In this document: piece by piece, positions 57,730 through 64,000 of the stretch | Layout of the letters: every line of letters starts with the position of its first letter | How positions within the stretch are numbered: position 1 is the first letter of the stretch | Assembly: GCF_001625305.1 (NCBI RefSeq) | Contig: NW_017802379.1 | Span: 4,393,479 to 4,457,478 of the forward strand | DNA: 64,000 nucleotides | Direction: 5' to 3' | Source: Branchiostoma belcheri | Taxonomy: Eukaryota | The notes under the pieces: generated by a model | Databases searched by the model: none | Told to the model about the DNA's origin: nothing | The model's input: only the letters and a program-made list of their open reading frames with translations | Translations under genes and position numbers: made by a program

Positions 57730-59914
57730 GTAAAAACTCTTCATATTTTTCTTATCATGATTTAATCCTGGTTAGTTTTACCACACAGTGTGATTTTTTT
57801 CTCACCCAGTATAATTTTGCAGGTCTCAGAGGATTAAAACATGTCATTCTTCACTGCCTATCTTTAAGTTTTGATATGTGTTCGATCAAGATTGAATTTA
57901 AGCTACATGTACTTGACGGGTATGAGTATGACCTCCTTGGTTCAGTATGCCCATGTCAATTTTTCTGTCATATTCATTAGTGCCCTCTATGGTCCATTGC
58001 AGGAACTACAGGAGGCGATGAAGCAAAATCCTGAGCTGTACAGACAGGTTCTGGGGAAGAAGAGAATAGACGAGGGAAATGTCTTCTCAAAACTCAAGGT
58101 TGTTAAGCTTTGTGTTTTTACTATCATCCCTATAATACAAGTGTATTTATCTTTTGCAGTTCTGAAAATAACATTATCCTCCATTATGTAATTCATAAAT
58201 ACATGTAGTATGCCACAGTTAAAAGTGACCGTATTGGGAAGCATTTTATACTTATACTGATAATAAAGAGTTTTGTGTTTTTCCATACATAAACCAGGGG
58301 AAGCTGATGACTGCTGTGAAGGGTGATGAGTATGGGAAGGAGAAAGTGACAGAGTTGGAAACTCAAGTGAAGATGGCCGAGCTGCATGAAGAGATGTTTA
58401 AAGTGTTTGACTATGCACAAGGTATGTTCAACACCGATCCTAGTCTCTACCAGACTCGAATGAGTTATCTGGAAAATGCAGAGAAATTGGCCAAATAGAC
58501 TGAATAATATGCCCAAAGAATCCATGGGTTGCAATGTTACATATACATGTACCTTGTGAAGAAGAGCTGATTGAAATTTTGAAAATAGTAAAAGATCACT
58601 TGTGTTCTTCTTCAGAGGAAAAGACCATGACTAGAAAGTCTCAGAGATTGGCAGAAAAAAGAGCGAAGAAAGTCAAAGAGCAGCCAGCTGCCACCCCCGA
58701 GAAATCTTCCTCTGGTGAGGGGGATACCTACACTACACCCCCTCAGTTTGTCCCACCACCCCCTCCCCCGTACCCCCCTCCAGTAGTGGGTACGCCCATG
58801 GCACTCAGGGAGAGAACCAACATGCAGTCTACTCCTGCACCTGCTGCCAAGAAGAGGGTTGCTGACAAGAATGGGTATGTAACATTCTATGATACATGTA
58901 CATGTAGCTCATTAACAGGCAGCCATATCAATGTGCTAAAGTTTAATTAGGGCAAATGCAAACTTTTAGATTTAGGTATGAAAAAGCTATATATTTGCTT
59001 CTTAACAATTCACTGAGCAAAGTAGATCTCAATATACTTATTTGTCAGTCTTCAGCTTAACCCATTGTTGCTATATTGTGCAGGCCCATGCATGGCTCCA
59101 GCACATCTATCAACAGTGTCCACTCTGAGCTCCTGGCCTCCAACCAGATGCTTCGCCTCAGGCCAACAAGGGTTAAACGGTGTGTAGTAACATTTCTCAG
59201 TTGACACAACAAAGTTGGTACCTGGGATATTAACAATTGACCATTTTAACACTGCCACAGATGCAATATGTCTTTCAGATACGTTTTGTCTTTTAGTCTA
59301 AGCACATTTACGCATGCAGGATCCTTTTTCTCTCTTTTTCTAACAGCATGAATCAGAAAGTTGTTCGCAGAAACTTACTCGTTGGTAAGCAGACAAAATC
59401 AAATATGGCTGGCAGGAAGATAAGGTGTTTGCTGGGTCGAAATTCTGAACATTCAAGAAATTGGCAGTGGTATTGACACTCATTTTAGTCATGACTTAGT
59501 TTGCTTGTTTCGGTATAGACCAAATCGTGACTCACTGTCATAATTAGCGGTTCTACCAATGAGAAAGTGGCTGAAATGTTTGCATTTATCTTTTTATCTT
59601 GGATTTCTTCATCTTGAAGTACATTGGTGGGGCCATGGCATCAGACTATTGTGTCTCAGGTTTCAATGCCAATCCTGCTGCACTTCTTCCACAGATCTCC
59701 AGGAGGCACCCCGTTCTACCGCTCCAGACACGCCCGCCCTAAGCTGAAGGCTGTGGAGATGTCGTATGACAGCGTCAGCAGCTTCAACCTCAGCAGTCCA
59801 TTCAGCCTCTTCAACTGCTCCCTGCTGCAGAAGTTCCGCAACGCCCGCAGCCCAGCCAGTCCCGCAGACAACCCGCCAGACTCCCCACACAGCCCAAATA
59901 CCTTCTCTCCCTGA
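57610..59914 (+). CDS. Unassigned 7-exon protein-coding gene (about 283 aa). It has a weak PDCD5/TFAR19-like motif (LIEILK) and a Pro-rich, Ser/Pro C-terminal tail. Gene-level span.
   Basis: ATG at 57610, with exons 57610-57729, 58003-58098, 58298-58421, 58562-58874, 59084-59179, 59347-59384 and 59703-59914. All junctions are GT-AG with consistent phases. It shares a CpG promoter with RNF10. The product starts MELLSEFDPALPMGANYCSNQLTAEEYEQQ and ends NARSPASPADNPPDSPHSPNTFSP. Confidence 0.65.
58003..58098 (+). CDS. plus-gene exon 2
   Basis: Encodes ELQEAMKQNPELYRQVLGKKRIDEGNVFSKLK. Acceptor is ttgcag|GAA, donor AAG|GTTGTT. Confidence 0.65.
58298..58421 (+). CDS. plus-gene exon 3
   Basis: Encodes GKLMTAVKGDEYGKEKVTELETQVKMAELHEEMFKVFDYAQ(+1). 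Acceptor is aaccag|GGG, donor AAG|GTATGT. Read-through of this donor reaches an in-frame stop at 58496-58498, giving a possible short isoform. Confidence 0.65.
58562..58874 (+). CDS. plus-gene exon 4
   Basis: Encodes (E)ELIEILKIVKDHLCSSSEEKTMTRKSQRLAEKRAKKVKEQPAATPEKSSSGEGDTYTTPPQFVPPPPPPYPPPVVGTPMALRERTNMQSTPAPAAKKRVADKN(+2). Acceptor is tgtgaag|AA, donor GG|GTATGT. An alternative internal donor lies at 58714 (CTG|GTGAGG). Confidence 0.55.
59084..59179 (+). CDS. plus-gene exon 5
   Basis: Encodes (G)PMHGSSTSINSVHSELLASNQMLRLRPTRVK(+2). Acceptor is ttgtgcag|G, donor ACG|GTGTGT. Confidence 0.55.
59347..59384 (+). CDS. plus-gene exon 6
   Basis: Encodes (R)MNQKVVRRNLLV(+1). Acceptor is tctaacag|C, donor TTG|GTAAGC. 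Confidence 0.5.
59703..59914 (+). CDS. plus-gene exon 7 (terminal, stop 59912-59914)
   Basis: Encodes (G)GTPFYRSRHARPKLKAVEMSYDSVSSFNLSSPFSLFNCSLLQKFRNARSPASPADNPPDSPHSPNTFSP-stop. Acceptor is atctccag|GA. Sequence is GC-rich. Confidence 0.6.
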
Positions 59915-62270
59915 AAATTCACATACATTTTTGACCACATATCTTTGTACAGCCTTGTCTGTTTTATCTTTTCTTTCATTCATTGAATCATTCATTATAA
60001 TTCAAATCAAAGTACAAATGTATATAAATATTTGTAACTCCTTGTTGGACTTCAAAACAAAGAGTGTGGTCAATAAGCTTAGTTTGTTTCAACAGTGTTG
60101 TCAATCATATCAAAAATGACTGTGCTTGTCCAATATCATATCATTTTGTTATGGTGACTTCTAAATACTTGTAGTAGTTTACAGTAATCATGCTTGTATA
60201 TTCTGTCACAATTTCTGAACCTTTCAAATTACCATTTTCTGTCAGCAACTTATTTTAAATGTTCTTGATCCCTGAGAAAGTGTTCAAAGATGATACATGT
60301 ATACACAGAGGATCGACTAGATCCTACACAGCATCATGGTTAGGTAACATTACACCTTCTTCGAGTTCAAGGTAATCGAGAGCTCAAAAGGAGGACATGC
60401 ATATACAAGCTCAAAGTCCCATTAGCTAGAAACAGGGCCAGTGGCCAGTAATATATAATTTTGTTAATCCCAATGTAATCTCAGGTTTAACTTGACAACA
60501 TTCCAAAAACTGAAGAAAGGATCATGAAATTATGTCTTCACTGTAAATACATGTACATGTATGTCCACAATAGCTATGCTCAGCACAAAGGTACAGATAT
60601 TAGAAAAAAAAGAAGCAAAGATTAATATTTTTCAACAAAATCTTCAAGAAACTTACGATCATGTCAAAGTGGAAAAATAGTGCTGAAGAATTTATGTTAA
60701 GGTTAGTAGCAGGTAGATGCATTTTTTGGCTCATTGTAAGCAAAAGCATTGTTTAAAAAACCCCAGTTTTTCATCTTAGATGTGCCAGCAATCTCAAGTT
60801 GAATTTGCACATTTATAGGTTGGTTATTATGTTGACATACATTTTCTGTATCACTGTATGTAATACTATAATAATATTATACACATGTTAAAAGGATACC
60901 AAAGAGACTGTAACAATACAGCCTTCTACTAAAAATGTATATGTGAAACAATATGCAAAAAATAAATGCTGTAACCTCAATGTTGTAGTACTTTTTATTT
61001 TGATAAAATTATCTATTTTGCTATATTTCCTTTAATAACTGAAGAAATATACCAGTTTTTGTAACATATTACCTACAAGTAAGAAATGATCTAACCTTAA
61101 CATTTCCATCTATGTTTTGTGTACATGTATTTTACAACCAGAATATAAAGGAGCTTGAAAATGCTGAGGATGTTACAAATGTATGTAGTTCCTGATTACT
61201 TTTTATTTGTTCATTTGGCTAATGTACACTCCTTCAGAAATACTTTTAAACATAACCTTAATCAATTGATATGTTTTGCTTTTCTTGACAATTACCAAAA
61301 ATTCATTTTTCCTAAGGAATAAATCACTAATAACAATCACTTGTTTATGCTTTGGTAAAAAAAAACGATACGTTCTTGGCTAAGTGTTGAAGATACCAGT
61401 AATTTTCTTATCTAAAGGCTAATTTTGTTTGCCTTCAGGACATTGTTCAAGATATTCTTAAAAATCCAATCAGTTGGTCCATTATTCTATACCACATTTT
61501 AGGGAGAAAATTGTATGGAACTTTTGGCACAATTTAGAAACTTCCCTTCCCTGCCTAAGACTTTGTCCTATTCATAATAAGTACATTTGTTCACAATTGT
61601 CAGCTTTGACACCATAGGATCTGCTTGAAGATTAAGGCATCAGTGCAACGTGCTATTCTGGGCAGCCCTGGTTTCCATGTAAAACACTTGATTATTACAT
61701 CCCTAATGGCTACTAGTATTTAAAAATTCCCAACTACACTGTGAAATCAAAACATTTTAACACATGACATATTCAGTCCAAAACTACCATGTAGACCACC
61801 ATAATACAGGACATAAACATTCTATCTCAATATAATGTATCTAGGAATCAAAGTGTACAATGCAGGTGATGGTGCAAAGACTTGTTTACATTATAAGACA
61901 TTTTTCGTCTGACTACATAGTTCATGTAATGCTGTTTTTCAACTGTACAGTATATAAGGCAAGAAGATTGAAGGCACTTGGCTTCCCTGACACGGACTTA
62001 ACATAGAAATAGAGATATCTCAAAATACCTAACTTCTACATAATGTGTGAAAAGTTCTTTTTTTTTTCAAGATTTGTTCAACTGCTCAGTACAAGCAAGG
62101 ACATTGGTACAAGGCACCTTTGTTCTAACAGATCTATCTGCAGACACTACAAATTCTCTTATCCTAGCTCCAAAGTCCTACGTCCTCACCGCAAATAGGA
62201 TGTAGGACTCGAGAGCTATAATAGGTTTGGTAACCAGGCTAAAATTCTCTAACTTTGACCATGAGTAACC

Positions 62271-62450
62271 TCAGGCCTGAGTATCGTCCTGTCCAGAGAA
62301 GGCGCTGAAGTGGGCGGGAGTGGCATATTCAGTGGTCGGAGTGATCTCGGCCTCCACCTTGACCTGTGAGCTAGACACTTCGGGAGTACGGGGGATGGAT
62401 TCCACGCTGATGCCATTTTCACGGAGAGTCTTTCTCAACAGGTCGATTTC
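62271..62450 (-). CDS. Terminal coding exon of the same minus-strand gene (stop 62271-62273)
   Basis: Encodes EIDLLRKTLRENGISVESIPRTPEVSSSQVKVEAEITPTTEYATPAHFSAFSGQDDTQA-stop. Acceptor is ctttcag|GAA, phase 0, continuing the previous exon. Confidence 0.55.
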   Translation of the reverse strand, partial: EIDLLRKTLRENGISVESIPRTPEVSSSQVKVEAEITPTTEYATPAHFSAFSGQDDTQA

Positions 62451-62839
62451 CTGAAAGTACAGAACAGGTGAATGGAATAAGTGAGTTCACGGTTCCAACT
62501 GTGCATGCGCAAGGTCAAACGTAAAGGTCCTGACTTGTAACAGTTCTTGCTAATACAGTTCTCGCAAGCTCATGCATTGATCACTGTCCACACGTACGGT
62601 CAACACATTCGCGAATAACAGTTCTTAACCTTCTCCCGGCTGAAGTAGGGTTTAGGCATCAAATTTGTATTATAGGATTAGAGCAGGGGGGAAAAGGTTA
62701 AAAATCAATAAGGCAACATTGTCACTCTGACAGAAGAACCACATTTTAAGGCCTTCCTGGTGACTATTTCCTGCCCTATCAAAGCTTGTAGAACCTGCAG
62801 TGTTCTAAGAGGAAAAGTTATCACAGTGTACATGCGTAC

Positions 62840-62958
62840 CTTCTCCAGGTCATGTGCGTGTGCGATCATCTTGTTCAGTTCCTCCTGTACCTCCTGTCGA
62901 GCTTGCTTGTGGGCGTTGATCTTCTTCTCAGCCGTGTGCTGCACTGACATCAGGATGC
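62840..62958 (-). CDS. Penultimate coding exon of an unassigned minus-strand gene (helix/leucine-zipper-like)
   Basis: Encodes (x)ILMSVQHTAEKKINAHKQARQEVQEELNKMIAHAHDLEK. Acceptor is gatgaaag|GC, donor AAG|GTACGC. The exon is GC-rich within AT-rich surroundings. Confidence 0.55.
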
Positions 62959-63845
62959 CTTTCATCGTGAAAAATATGAAGAAAATTCTAAGCAGCAAAA
63001 TCACATTTGTTTGCCAAGGAAATAAACTTTTTTTCTCCCTGGGGGCTGTAGGATGCAATTACTAGAACGTATAACTAGAAGATTTCAGACTTCCAGGGGG
63101 TTTACGGAAAAACCTGGGCTGTCTACCTTACCAGGCTACCTTACCAGTCTACCTTGCCTGTCTAGGACGTCAGGCTACTGAACTCCCCCCATCCACAGCC
63201 TCACGAACAGCAAGACTTCCAAGCAGCTGCGCCCCCTGGCGGAATGCATCAGAATTGCACCCACTACTTTGGCACGTGCGTGTGCACAAACCTGTGCAGC
63301 ATGGAGTTAAACATAGCCTGACTAATCGCGCTCCTGGCGGTCGTCGACCCGAAGTGGGTGGGGGTCATTAACCTCTTGTGTAACACAGGCTATGTTAACA
63401 CAGCAAGAAAACACAAATTTAGCACAAATTTAGCACAAATAAATATACGCTATGTGCTATACGCTATTGACAATCATCGTCACTCGGCGTGGTTACCCAA
63501 GTGATGTCAATGTGTCAGGAATGGGGTGTAAGTGAAGAGATGTCACACGTTGTGCGATAGCGATTCAGTCGCTTCAGCGATTCTTCATTTGAACGTTATT
63601 TTTCGTTGAAGGGTAAAATTTTTAACATCATGTCTTCTTTTTCATTTTTTTGTTTAATTCTGAAAAGATACTTTTACAGCACATAGACCCGTCCTAACCT
63701 CCGTCATACGATAACATTTGGACGTCCTTATCTCCACATGGGATAATCAATTCTATAAGCTACATATTATCGAATTACATGGATAAACAAACACATGCTA
63801 TGACCGAGAGAGAGGCCTTGTTAAGGGACTGTACGACATTTACCG

Positions 63846-64000
63846 GGGGGAGGGCTGGTGCACTGGGGGGGGGTAGGGCCATTGAAAATTTTTTTGGCCT
63901 GGGAGGAGGGCCATGGAAAAAAATTTTGAGCTGGGGGGAGGGCCATCGAAAAAAAAAATCGGCCTGGGGGTAGGGCCACCGAAAAACTTTTGTAAAAATA
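63846..64000. repeat. Minisatellite, about 35-bp unit x 4 (GGCCTGGGRGDAGGGCCAYBGAAAAAAWTTTTG)
   Basis: Four tandem degenerate copies run to the window end: ggcctgggaggagggccatggaaaaaaattttgag / ctggggggagggccatcgaaaaaaaaaatc / ggcctgggggtagggccaccgaaaaactttt. Confidence 0.7.

Noticed and set aside
58496-58561. Treating 57610-58498 and 58534-59914 as two separate small genes
   Set aside because: The donor at 58421 (phase 1) and acceptor at 58562 (needs 2 bases) fit perfectly. The 36-bp gap is too short for an independent promoter. The short product is kept only as a possible intron-retention isoform.
1-64000. Prokaryotic-style features (operons, CRISPR arrays, RBS, rho-independent terminators, rRNA/tRNA genes)
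   Set aside because: The sequence is clearly intron-rich eukaryotic nuclear DNA. No CRISPR-like repeat-spacer arrays or rRNA segments were seen. There is no full tRNA cloverleaf, and the one tRNA-like segment was listed only as a SINE fragment.

Overview
This is eukaryotic (metazoan, probably invertebrate) nuclear DNA with a spliced-gene architecture. There are no prokaryotic features.

Three protein-coding loci are well supported, and the 3' end of a fourth is visible:
- **CLIP-170-like gene, minus strand, about 41037 down to below 1026.** It is a very large CAP-Gly linker-protein gene with at least 54 coding exons in the window. Exon 1 carries the ATG. A 673-bp exon encodes two CAP-Gly domains with GKNDG motifs. 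Ser-rich linker exons follow, then a very long coiled-coil region. The reading frame was checked to be continuous across most modelled splice junctions, with three exceptions flagged at E6, E12 and E21. The gene is still open at its 3' end, so it continues past the window start.
- **RNF10 orthologue, minus strand, 49352-56686.** A complete 18-exon gene whose RING finger reads [28 protein letters not shown].
- **Unassigned 7-exon gene, plus strand, 57610-59914.** It shares a short bidirectional CpG promoter with RNF10; the promoter contains a perfect TCTCGCGAGA motif.
- **Last two coding exons of a further minus-strand gene, 62271-62958.** The protein is leucine-zipper-like and unassigned.

The standout feature is the coiled-coil part of the CLIP-170-like gene. 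It is built from a tandem array of at least 27 near-identical-length exons of 117 bp, each in phase 0 and each encoding exactly one 39-residue repeat, spanning 1026-12765. These are interspersed with GC-rich, non-repetitive exons. This is a one-repeat-per-exon modular rod that could be shortened or lengthened by exon skipping without changing the reading frame.

Other elements include a SINE-like dispersed repeat family, a 343-bp MITE, intronic CCAAT-rich repeat clusters inside the exon array, micro- and minisatellites, and a CpG island 5.7 kb upstream of the CLIP start exon that may be its promoter or first non-coding exon. A CpG-rich Ser/Pro-rich ORF of about 238 codons is nested in an intron on the gene strand.

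Exon coordinates were derived by hand from splice-signal reading and may be off by a few bp.
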